A stretch of DNA of 63,332 nt, counting the filler, from Olpidium bornovanus S191 (taxonomy: Eukaryota > Fungi > Olpidiomycota): the NCBI GenBank assembly GCA_017911155.1. It is 28 parts of 28 records of this genome, joined end to end, with 100 filler letters (N's around TTAATTAATTAA, not from the genome) between each part and the next. Parts side by side here need not be neighbours in the genome. Positions count along the whole stretch, not along the records: positions 45,547 to 46,577 come from JAEFCI010002465.1; positions 46,678 to 47,833 come from JAEFCI010008189.1; positions 47,934 to 53,258 come from JAEFCI010002912.1; positions 53,359 to 57,052 come from JAEFCI010004194.1; 24 more parts are not named here. One strand, 5' to 3'. Within the stretch, counting starts at the first letter, position 1, and each line of letters begins with the position of its first letter. The notes beneath the pieces were generated by a model, which was given only the letters and a program-made list of their open reading frames with translations, did not search any database and had not been told where the DNA came from. The translations under genes were made by a program, and so were the position numbers. This document shows positions 45,720-56,140 of the stretch, in pieces.

Positions 45720-47769
45720 GGCCCAAGATCCTCCCCCATTCCGGTCTACCCTGGCCCTAAGAACGATTCCTTTCTTTGCCAAACAAAAAAATAATAACTA
45801 TCACTAGAGGGCATATATAGAAAAAAACTAAAATAATAGAAAAAACGAAAAAAAACGCCTGGACAACACGTTTTTCGAATCCGCCTTTTTGTTTCCTTTT
45901 TTCGTTTGCATTTCATTATTTGAACCGTTCCACACGCCGAAAACGCACCCCGTGGAGACACCGCAACGCTAGATCCGGCTCTTGTCACACGTAAATTAAT
46001 TTTAGCATTGTGCTCGCCTGGTGTGATTGTTTGTGATCTTCGCTTCTTTCAGAGATGGGCGGGTCCGGCGGCTGGGTGGGGAGGGGAGCGAGATCTCCGC
46101 CTGATCAATTATCCGTTATATTCGTATTGCCAGAACCTTCTCGACGTCATTGGACTGAGGCCCCCATCGCCCCAGACCTTTGGCCTGAAATAATTTTCCC
46201 GGACGGCGGTCAAGAAATCAAAAACGAACTTCCCCCCCACCCCCCACAGAGCGACGAGCATTCCCCCGCGGGCGGCGGTGGTTGTGTAGTTTTCGGAGGA
46301 GTTTTCCGGAGTTTGAAGGAGCTCTCGGGGGGGCTGCTCCATTGCGCGCCTACGCGACTTTTATTCCCGAACCGTTAAGGTTAGGGTCTGCAGGAGTTTT
46401 TTTCGCTTTTGACGTCACGCCACGTGACCATAACCCTGACGCCACGTGACCGTAATGGTCCGCCGCGAAGTCGGTCTCGCGCATCCGTGGGCCCGCTGGA
46501 ATAACAATCCCAATCGACGACATGTGAGGCCAACTGATCAAGAACGATGGACAAATTTCAGGGAGGGGCTTGCCGCANNNNNNNNNNNNNNNNNNNNNNN
46601 NNNNNNNNNNNNNNNNNNNNNTTAATTAATTAANNNNNNNNNNNNNNNNNNNNNNNNNNNNNNNNNNNNNNNNNNNNATCATGATTTGAAAATGCGAACA
46701 AAAATCAACGACGCCCTCCGTTTTCTGGCCGCCCGTTCAAGACGCAACGAGCCCATCAGCCACCCGACACCCGTAAAGCGCCCAGGCCAACAGCCGCTTC
46801 AGGCTTCTTTTTCCCCTATATTTGATTGTTTATTTTGGTCCTTCCCCTGTTTCCCGGTCAGCACACGAACGGCTCGTCCGCCATAGCCGGTTGATTGAGA
46901 CCAGCGCGTCCTGCTTAGACAGGCCCTGGCTGCAGGATGCAGGCAAAAGAAGGCGTGTATGGAAGTATTGCACTAACATAATTGGTTTAATAATAATTAA
47001 TATCTTAAGTTTAGGCTGATACCCCTAGCGAAGGGGCTGCAACAGGAAAGTTTTGGCCCGGCGCCCGACGTGGGCACGCCACCACCAGCCGGGCCACATT
47101 TTTTTTTTTCGCAGTTTGGTGGAATGGAGCCAAACCCGCGGCAAAGGTGGCGCAAACCGCTCGCCGCAAAATAAATAAATAATAATAATATAAGAAAAGC
47201 ACGCGAGAGCACGTGAACAGCACGGAACGTCGTAACCCGCGCCCGGGGCCATTGCGGCAATTCACGTTTCCGCGCTCGATGATTCCGGCACGAACACTCG
47301 GGCGGGGGTGGGGAGGGGGTGGTGATCTGTGCGAAAAAGCGCGTGCTCCCCGCGCATGCCGCGTTTTCGCTCCTGAATAACGTTGCGTTTCGTGCGCGAA
47401 AACGCGTCGTTTCCGCGCGCTCTTTTTCTGCTCTGCCCTGCTCGGCCTTTTGCGCGCCCTCGTCCCACCCCTGACTTCCTTTTGCCCCGTCGCGATCTCG
47501 CCTTTCAGTCATAACACGAGGATTGCATTCCCATCATTGAAGCTTCCCAGGCGTAAAACAAAGAAACAACGCTGCCCACATGCTCCGCAGCGCGTCTTTC
47601 CTCCTCCCCGCCGAGACGGCACCTGTTGCCATCCCCCGACCGCCATGACACATAATTCCTCACGTTTCCTCCTGCGGCACCCATCAGCTCGTAAGCCATC
47701 ACTGGTTCGCAGATGCGGCAGTCCGGGTTGCTAAGCTGTAAAGCAGCCGTTTACCGTTTGGTTTTCCGT

Positions 47770-47801
<32 letters not shown>

Positions 47802-47933
47802 GGTGGGGGGGGGGGGGGGGGGGGGCCGTCCCGNNNNNNNNNNNNNNNNNNNNNNNNNNNNNNNNNNNNNNNNNNNNTTAATTAATTAANNNNNNNNNNN
47901 NNNNNNNNNNNNNNNNNNNNNNNNNNNNNNNNN

Positions 47934-48908
47934 CATGCCTGGCGACCCCATTGCTGGCAGGATGATCGAACCACTGCCGTGATCTTCGCAGAGTTCACCG
48001 ATCACTCTGCTCAGGCGTGTCAGCTGCTTCCCGACACCCGCTTGGAACGGTCGGCGTTCCCTCGACTCCACGAGGTTCTGGACGTGGAGGACAATGCTGA
48101 GTATCAGCGAGGAGAAGACTTCGCCGCGCGAGTTGTAGCGGACGAAGCCAGTAGCGGCGGTGGTAGCGGCGGCGGTGGTGGTAGCAGGAGCAGCGACGGC
48201 AGTGGTCGGAGCAGCAACAGGAGCGACGGGTGCAACAACGGGCACTGCTGCTTGGAACTGGTACTGGCACTGTTGCTGCTGCTCCCGCTGCTGCTGGTAG
48301 TACGCCGCCTCCATAGGTCGACGCGCCGTGTGCTGCAGGAAGCGGGCACCAGTGGGCCCGAGGCGACTCGACTCCTGGTCACGCGCTTCCTGGCGCCTCT
48401 GCGCCACTCGTCTCTCGCCGTGCACCAGTGGTTCCAGCAACGAGGGAAACTCTAGAGGCAGAGATAGCGACTCTACCTCGCTGTCCAACGTCTCGAGTCC
48501 CTCAGGCGTGCAGGGCGCGGACGGAACGGCGAACGTGGGTCTCGCCGTGAACTCCTCGTCGCTGAGCCGTGCCTCCATGCGAGCCATTGCGGCCTCGAGG
48601 TTGCTTACACGGCCCGACAGCTCCTGGATCAGGGCTGACTGGGCCTTTACAGCCGCAACCAGCTCCTTCAGCGTGTCGGTGGCGCCAGTGGTCAGACCCT
48701 CGTGGTGGGCACCAGTGAACGGTGCGGCCTTCGCCAGGCCCGCTGCGGCGGTCGAGCCGCTTGTGTCGATGTGCACTCTGCCTTCTCCCATTCCTCCCTC
48801 GGGCACGTCGCCGCGTGCCTGTCTCAGCTCGGCGCGTATTAATTCGCTGTACGGAACTTCAACGTTGGCGCAGCCCTCGTAGCCAGCTGTCTGAATGTTA
48901 CCTGCCAT
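47934..48908 (-). CDS. Orphan ORF D (at least 325 aa) with coiled coil and disordered Q/A/T linker; phosphoprotein-like architecture; third gene of a virus-like cassette
   Basis: Uninterrupted ORF starting TTCAACATGG; heptads LKELVAAVKAQSALIQELSGRVSNLEAAMARMEARL; helical C-terminal segment; runs into the linker. Confidence 0.7.
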
Positions 48909-48936
48909 GTTGAAGCTCCGCGGTGAAGCTTTTTAA

Positions 48937-50734
48937 CTACTTACGCCCTACGAGTGTCGAAGCAATGGTATCCGCGACTACCGACTGGACCGACCGAGAC
49001 GTGTAAGGCCCTGACGTCTGGATGACAAGGTCCGCGTTCCTGTCTCCCCGCGACGCTGCCTCAGTCCTCCTCTTGGCCTCGGCGCTGAGCGAAGACATGA
49101 TGCTTCCCGATGCAGCGGTGGAGATTGGAGTGAACGCCTCGACTGTGGCAGTTGGAAGTCCACGAAACCTGCGGTAACCCTGACCAGTCCGGCCTGCGAG
49201 GAGTTCAACCATGAAGCTGCAGTGTAGACCAGTCCTCGGTATGCGGTCGAGAAGTCTCCACAGTGACTCGTACGTGGAGTCGGTGGAGCGCGGTCAGTTG
49301 AACGTCAGCGGTGTCATTGTGTAGGACAGGCTGCACAAGAGCACGGCCGACAGCTCGCCACAATCCATGCCCTCAGGCGGCCGCGGGTAGTAGACCCAGG
49401 ATCTCGCGACCTCGCGTGACATGTAGGTGTAGCTCGGGTGTGCCAGCACCCACGCGAGTGAGTCCTCGCTGACCACCAGTTCTCCACTCGGCAGGGCGCG
49501 AAGTGGGTCAAGCTCGCCAGAAGACGTGTGACCAGTCAGGCGGAGCGTTGAGTGCTGGGCAACGCATTCAAGAACGAGTCGGTGCCTCATCTTGTTGGTC
49601 ACCGAGAAATAATTTTTTTCAAGCCAAGGGCTGTCACCGTCGGCTGGCAGACTCAATATGTTCGACGAGCCAGTCCGACACGATCGGTACCCGGCAGTAC
49701 TGCGTGACAAGCAGACAGTCCCGACATAGTCTGTTCAGTGCGCGAGACGTGCGAACTCTATTGTCGTACCAATTGACGCGAGCCTCGTCGAGTGGCCGCC
49801 AGGCGCCCCAGGGGTGGCCAGCCCTTATCGCTGACTCGGCTTGAGTCCGACTACCCGGCCACGAGACGCCGCTCGCGTCCTGAGGGTTGGGCGACTGTCT
49901 GGTTTGGACCATGTCACCCAGTTGCCAGCCGCTGCTCGTGTCCGGCGGACTGAATGCCGGCTCTTGGACCTGGAGGACTGCGAACAGGTCCGTGCGGTCC
50001 CCACAGGCCACTCCTAGCATCAGTCTCCCGCTCGCGTACCGTGACAACGTCCGCTGGAGTGACGGTAACTCGTCCCGCGAGACTGGGACACCCCAGGCGT
50101 CAGGTCCGGAGTCACCGAGCTCGAACAGCGTCCGGCACGAGTCCTCGAGAGACTGCGCAAACTGGCCGGTGGAGCACACCTGTCGGTGCACGACTGACAG
50201 AACGTATGAGTCGCCTGTGCAAATGTCCAGTGCGGTGGTAGTCGTCGCCCGTGGGATCGTGCCGTTGAGCGAGAAGACACGACCCGCCGGGCGGCGCCCA
50301 TCAGCCGCACCAGCAACGAGGATTGTGGACATCTTTGCAACACTTGGCGTGTGGTGCCACAGGATCGACGCTGAGCGTGCCAGGTCTGCGGCGTAAGGAT
50401 ACCACTCTGCGTTGTGCAGGCAGACCACGAAGTCGCGTGTCCTGTCGGCCGTCCGTATCGCCTCCACGAGGGCACGCGAGTAGAAGTAGTAGCTGCACAT
50501 CGAGTAGTCACATGCGTAAGTACAGCCAGTCGGGACTCGCCTGAAGCAGCACTCGATCTCGTCCAGGTAGCAAGGGAACGTGCCCATGGCACGCAGCGAC
50601 CCGGTGGCAATGGACTCCTCGGTTTTGCCATGTCGGCAGCGTGCGTACTGTACAAGGCGCAACGACACGGCACCTGGGTACGGGAGTGGCGCGGTGCATT
50701 GCAACAATTCGGAACTACAGTACGAGTGTTCCAT
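48937..50734 (-). pseudogene. Orphan gene B (about 600 aa reconstructed), one frameshift near 49640 and one in-frame stop at 49294
   Basis: ORFs 50734-49634, 49710-49294 and 49212-48937 join into one protein. The last two are in the same frame across a single TGA. Start context ACCAACATGG; stop TAG immediately followed by TTAAAAAGCT. Confidence 0.65.
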
Positions 50735-50813
50735 GTTGGTCTCACTGCATCTGGTAGGCTGCGCAACCAGAGATACTAGAATAAAGATTTAGTACACCAC
50801 CGGGCGAGAGACG

Positions 50814-51381
50814 TCAGCAATGGAAGCCTGGAGCATTGGAAGCATCGTTCAACAGATAGAGCCACGCGAGCCCGACAACCAGGGAGCGGGCAGAGAGCGT
50901 CGCATACGAGGCTCGAGCGCGAAGGTGACAAAGACTGTGACTGGAAGCCCAGCGGACGCCGTGAAACGAGGCAAGAGAGAAGACACAGCGGCTGCTGAGG
51001 GCGTGGAGAGCCGAGGTGTGGTCAGCAGGGCTCCCTGACAGAGACATCCGATCAGTGCTCGTCGACACAGCGCGGTGCCTGACATGGGGCGTTGCCAGGC
51101 CGATGTGCCAGTTCGAGGAGCGCATACACCGCGACGCGTTTGCCGGAATGGGTACGCCACACGCAGGTGAGCTTCCCGCGTACAGACCAATCCATGTCGT
51201 GGGCACGTGGAGACTGTCCAGTGACCTGCATGTGTCGGCCATGCTGCTCAGTCCAGCGCTCTGCACGTCAAGGTTCGCAGCCGGTAGGTACACAATGTCA
51301 GCCGTCGGGAACGCGCGCGACTGCGTCGTGGTAGTGCTTCTGGAGGCGCGTCAGGTAGTGCTTCTCCGCATTCCTTGCCAT
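50814..51381 (-). pseudogene. Orphan gene A (about 190 aa reconstructed, one frameshift near 51305)
   Basis: ATG at 51381 (MARNAEKHYLTRLQKHYHDAVARVP) shifts into ADIVYLPAANLDVQ...GFHC*; preceded by TTAAAAGCT at 51417-51409. Confidence 0.5.
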
Positions 51382-51815
51382 CTCGGGTACCAGCAGCCTG
51401 TGATAAGCAGCTTTTAATATTCCCAAGGATCACGATCCAATTGGTGAACGCGATGTTCAGAACAAAACTGAGCAAGACCGCCAAGACAAGTTCGAAAGAG
51501 CCGCCATTGTCAATCAACTGGTGACGCCCGAAGTTTGTTTTCTGCTTCTGTTTGTCGCGAAAGTGAGTTTTGCGCTTTGACTTTTTGTTTTTTCTCCAAA
51601 TTTGCCCCCCATCCCTTGATAATCGAACTGTTATCTAGGATCTCAAAACCATCGGTTTATGTATAACAGACTGTACGACGCAACACACTATCCGTATAAC
51701 CCATCGTTAGAAGCAAATGAGCCTTTTAAGAGATGTTCCAGATGTTGATCTGCGACCCGAAGGTGTAATAGTTGATTACACGTTCGCTAGTTTCAACATC
51801 CCCAGAAAAAGTTGG

Positions 51816-51920
51816 TTCCGTCTGCGTCGTTTCGTTGACGGTCCGAACTTGGGGCGCGACCTTCTCCGAAAAGGCCGGTTCCATCTGCGTCGCCTTGTTG
51901 GCGGTCTGAACTTGGGGCGC
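51816..51920. repeat. Imperfect 63-bp-period duplication
   Basis: TTCC(G/A)TCTGCGTCG..T.GTTG.CGGTC.GAACTTGGGGCGC at 51816 and 51879. Confidence 0.8.
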
Positions 51921-52149
51921 AACATATGGAACCGAAAGAGCACGACGTTTCATTACTTGATAGTCGGCTCGACAGTTCTTACACCTGTACAGCGGGGTAG
52001 CCATTACCAGAGACAGCTGGATGTGGTGTACTGCGGCTGGGTTTGAACGTTTGTATTTTCCACGCCAGGTCTGAGCGGGACACTACAGGTAAGGTGCGTC
52101 GCACACATTTCTTGTGTAGTTCAGCTTTCCCTACTCTCACCTCCATCTC

Positions 52150-52760
52150 ACCACGGGGAATAAACACAATAAACAACGAACAACAGGTTATGAGCCCAAA
52201 GCGGATTTGACGGCGAAACGCTCGCGCGCCGCTCCCCCGCCGCTCCCCCGCCGCTGCCGCCATCGCCGCGCTCCGCCGCGCCGCCACCGCCGGAGTCGCC
52301 GTGCCGCACCATCGCCGCGCGCCGCAGCGCTCCCCCGCCTTCCGCAAAAGCCTGGACCTGACGGCGTAGCCATCCCCGCCGCTGCCGCGCTCCCCCGCCG
52401 CTCCCCCGCCGCCGCGCGCCCATCGCCAGGCGCCCACCGCCGCGCTCCCAACCGCCGCGCGCCCACCGCCGCGCACCGCCGCGCAGCCGCCGCGCAGCTG
52501 CCGCCATTGCCGCCGCCGCCAACCGCTGCGCTCCCCCGCCGCGCTCCCCCGCCGCGCTCCTCTGCCGCGCGCCCGCCGTTGCCCCCGCGCGCTCGCTGCC
52601 GCCACCGCCGCGCGCTCGCCGTCGCCGCCGGGCGCCCGCCGCCACCGCAACCGCCCTTCGCCCCCGCCGCGCAACCGCCGCACAACCGCCGCGTATCGCC
52701 GTCGTCGCCACGCCCCGCGGTTCTCCGGCTGGTTCTCTCCATTTTTCACTCGTCAAAACA
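52150..52760 (+). mobile_element. 3' end of a copia 5' LTR, primer-binding site GGTTATGAGCCC (52186-52197) and GC-rich leader
   Basis: AATAAA twice (52159, 52168), LTR end ...AACA at 52185, then a 12-nt complement of the initiator tRNA-Met anticodon arm as in Ty5/copia, then a CGCCG-rich low-complexity leader. Confidence 0.75.
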
Positions 52761-53358
52761 CGCAGGCAAAATCTTGCTGCGTCCCTTCTACCGTCGCAAC
52801 AAGCACGCTGACGGTATGACCGCCCCCACACGGTCCAAGGCTTCTCTACGACGCCTTCACGAGCAAATGGAACATCCCCAGGTGGACGCGAGGGTTGCAT
52901 CGGACACCGAGAGGGGCAGCGAACTTGACGTTGCCAAGTGGCTCGAGAAGGTCGGTATAAACCCACACACCACACACGTAGCTCGCGTGTTTTCGGGAGA
53001 CTACCAACAATTCCAAAGGAAGAAACAGAAGAGGACTCCCAGGTCGGCCAACAACGAAACGCAGGTTCGGCATCGGCTGACGGTTACCCCTCCCGCAGCA
53101 AGGCCGTGCTGCAGCTCGGAAAGGGGCAGGGAGGCGTCCGAAAGGACAAAGGGACCGTTGGCCATGCCAACCGGCAAGACCCGGTGGGTTCCTCATACCA
53201 CAGTGAATACTCTGTTAACAAAGAAGCGAGAACCTCCGATAATGCTCTCTCTTCTTGCNNNNNNNNNNNNNNNNNNNNNNNNNNNNNNNNNNNNNNNNNN
53301 NNTTAATTAATTAANNNNNNNNNNNNNNNNNNNNNNNNNNNNNNNNNNNNNNNNNNNN

Positions 53359-55952
53359 ACATGTACAGCAAGGAAGCGAGAAACCTAGTGGAGCCGGAAA
53401 AAAAATGCCAACGAGGCAGAAAAGGTCCGACCTGCCGACTAAGCGCCTGCCTTGCATTTCGCAGCTCCTTGAGTGTCTGTTCGTACAGTTGCCGTATATT
53501 GTCTCGCTCAGCAGTGATGCCACGAATATCGTCTTCAAAGCCAACAAACTGTTTCTCAAAACTCTCTAGAACCCCGATCAGCTTGTCGCGTTCACTGTGC
53601 GGCAGACCAGATCACCTAAATGGCTCAGCTCTCCCCTGCCTTTGCAGCATCTTCGGCCAATTCAGACTTTTCATCGCGCCAGGACTCACTCCTCGAACGG
53701 ATACGACGCACACTGCTTACTTCGCCGCCGCCTGCGTTTCTAGCCTGGATTCCGCCAGCCAACCCGTTACGTCTTTCTTTTCGCGCTCGGTCAACTCGAG
53801 GCTGGCCGAAAGCGAACAAATCTGACTGCGCAGATCGGCTAATTGACGGTGGAAATCCGCCCTCTCTCCAGCGTGCTGCGCAGCGTACTTGCGCTGTTCG
53901 GTCAGCGACTTCTCCAGGACTCGCTTGTCTCTCTGCAATTGCTCTACAGTTTCCCTGAGCGGTGAAGCTCCATCTGCTGCAGAGTGATTTATCTTCCCGC
54001 CCGGCTGCGACGGTGGAAGGCGTCAATAAAACACGTTGACGATCAGGCTTCGACGATTAAGATTGCAAAATGTTTTACCGAAAAGGGTCGAGCGCCATTC
54101 GCCTTCCCGGCAACCTGGATGCCAGGCTTCTCAGGCAACTGGGATCCAATAAGCTTAAGAAACTGCGATAATTCTTTGCGTAAGCGTTCAATCTGGCTTG
54201 CCGCTCTCCCGATATCATTAACACCATTAGCTTCTGCAAAACAAGTATAAACGAAAATTACGCCCGTTGTAAGCGCGTAGCTCGAAGTAGGGTCAGTGGT
54301 AGCGTGCACAAAAAAATAATTTATAACAGCTACCTTTCTCGCCAGTCTTCTCAGGAGATCTTACCGACCGAGGTTTCGGGACATTCACGCGATGGGCAGT
54401 CGTCCCGGAAACAGGTTGTGCCTCCGTCTCGGCGTCTTCTCGCATTTTCTCAAACTCGTCCACCAACGACTCAAGGACGTCCAGGTCTCGCATCAGGGCT
54501 TCATTTTTCTCCTGCGCCTGCCGCAGGCGGTCCAGCAGGCCATCCTGGTCTGCCTTCCACTCCTGGCGAAGCACCTCCTTCTCCTCATCTGATCTCTTCG
54601 CCCGCTGCTCAAGGTCCGCCGCATAATCTTGCAGGAACGCCAGCTGGCTTTCTAGCTGCTCGACTCGTTGTAGTGGGCCGGTTGTGAGCGGCGAAGGAGA
54701 CCGCGACGGCGACGCGGACAGAACATATTTCGCGGGCGACCGGAATGCTGCGGAGGTCCTGACCACGGAGGAACGCGCCTGCTCCAGTTGCTCGCCCAGC
54801 CTCGCAATCTCCTCTTCCCGCACGGAGATATTGGAGTGCATTGCTTGTACCTGATTCCCGTCGGTCGCCCAGGCAAAACTTAGTGCCTGCACTGATATTC
54901 CAAATGCGCACCCCACGTTCATCGTATCCTTCCGACAAAGCAGGCTAGAGGATTCCAAATATGATGTGCAGAACCTTCGGACAATGATCCAGTTCACTCT
55001 TACCTGTGCTTCCAAGTCGGCGTTTGCAACTTCCAGGTCATGGCAGTGCTGCTCTACTGTCTGCACGCGAGCCTCGCACAGTTTGACAATATCGATCACG
55101 TGCGGATCTGGTTCTGGAAATGCCTGCCCCTCGGCAACTTCCATTGGTTCTGTACAGGGATAAGAATCGCGGAGAGGTTTCAGCGTTACAACTAAAGCCG
55201 CATACCAAAGTCGTGGCGAGGCTATCTACCGAGCATGGTCTCCATCTCAATCCTCTGCATCTTATGCATAAGCTGGTCGGTTTTGACAGCTTTCGTGTTC
55301 GCAATAGCTGCAATAAAAAGTCCGAGTGATATGAGCCTTCTCTCTATGCATAAGGCTGCCGCGAACAGGCGACCCACCCTTTCCCTTGGCCATGGCTGCA
55401 AAGACGCCTTGCTGCCGAAGCCAGTCCTCAACTTTGGCCCTCTCCTGTTCAGCTTTTCGCTGCTCCACCCTAATCTTGTGCAGGTACTGCGAATTGAGAA
55501 ACTTCAGCTCCGTAACGTCGTCCTGGTGCCGCTTGACCATGAGCTGCACCGCCCTTTCTTTCGCGTCACGCTCCTCGATTTGTTTAATCAGGTTCAGATG
55601 AAGGGCATTGTTGTCCGCCGTGAGGTGGGCGAGCTCTTGGCGCAACGGTGGGAGCTGAGGAGGTAGTTCCGGGCTGCCGCAATTCAGCCTTCAGGATGGC
55701 GCAGCCGCTAGAGCAAAGGGCACAGAACTCTGTCTCGCCCACCTTTTTCTCCGCGTCCGCCTTCTCGGCGGCCAACCGGTCCCTCTCTGCTTTGAGCTGC
55801 CGGCACGTCGTGGTGGTCTGAATCAGGTCGGAAAGCAGCCGTTGTACGAGCGCGGCGGAGTCGGGCCCGAAGTGATCCCCCGTGTAGCCGAGCTGCTCCA
55901 GACGCGCGCGCAGGGGGCGGAGGCGGTCCTTGCTCGCGGCAGGAGACGGCAT
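53359..55952 (-). CDS. CEP135: Centriolar cartwheel protein CEP135/Bld10, N-terminal half, multi-exon
   Basis: LRARLEQLGY...LVQRLLSDLIQTT, LRQELAHLTADNNALHLNL, ELKFLNSQYLHK, DPHVIDIVKLCEAR...REEEIARL, matching CEP135 blocks (RKRLDQLGY, LFSDLVHTT, ENNELYLEL, DLKFLNNQYAHK). Confidence 0.88.
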
Positions 55953-56067
55953 TTCCGGCTTCCCCGCTTTGCGGCCCCCGACAGGCGTCCGCGGCGCCTT
56001 CTTTTTCGTGAGGTTTTGCTTTCGCCGACGTTGTTAACACGGCAGGGACGGGGCCGGGATGACAAGC

Positions 56068-56140
56068 GTCGCGCGCGCGCTTGGGCGTTGCCAAAATGTC
56101 GCGCGCGCGCTTGGGCGTTGCCAAAAGGTCACGCGCGCGA
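56068..56140 (+). repeat. 30-bp tandem duplication GTCGCGCGCGCGCTTGGGCGTTGCCAAAA upstream of CEP135
   Basis: Two full copies plus a partial third. Confidence 0.8.

Noticed and set aside
46372-46390. Telomeric TTAGGG seed
   Set aside because: Single copy; expected by chance.
49620-49660. PADGDS as an OTU/chrysovirus P4 protease motif
   Set aside because: Catalytic Cys is absent and the motif falls in the frameshift overlap that is probably not the coding frame.
47979-50779. Ambigrammatic (narnavirus-like) coding on the plus strand of the cassette
   Set aside because: Plus-strand ORFs are discontinuous, in mixed frames and of lengths expected at this GC content; no RdRp motifs.
51900-52080. 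TnpB/Fanzor zinc-finger remnant (PQYTTSSC...YRCKNC)
   Set aside because: The pieces are in different frames, and no RuvC motifs or DRDxNAAxN signature are visible.
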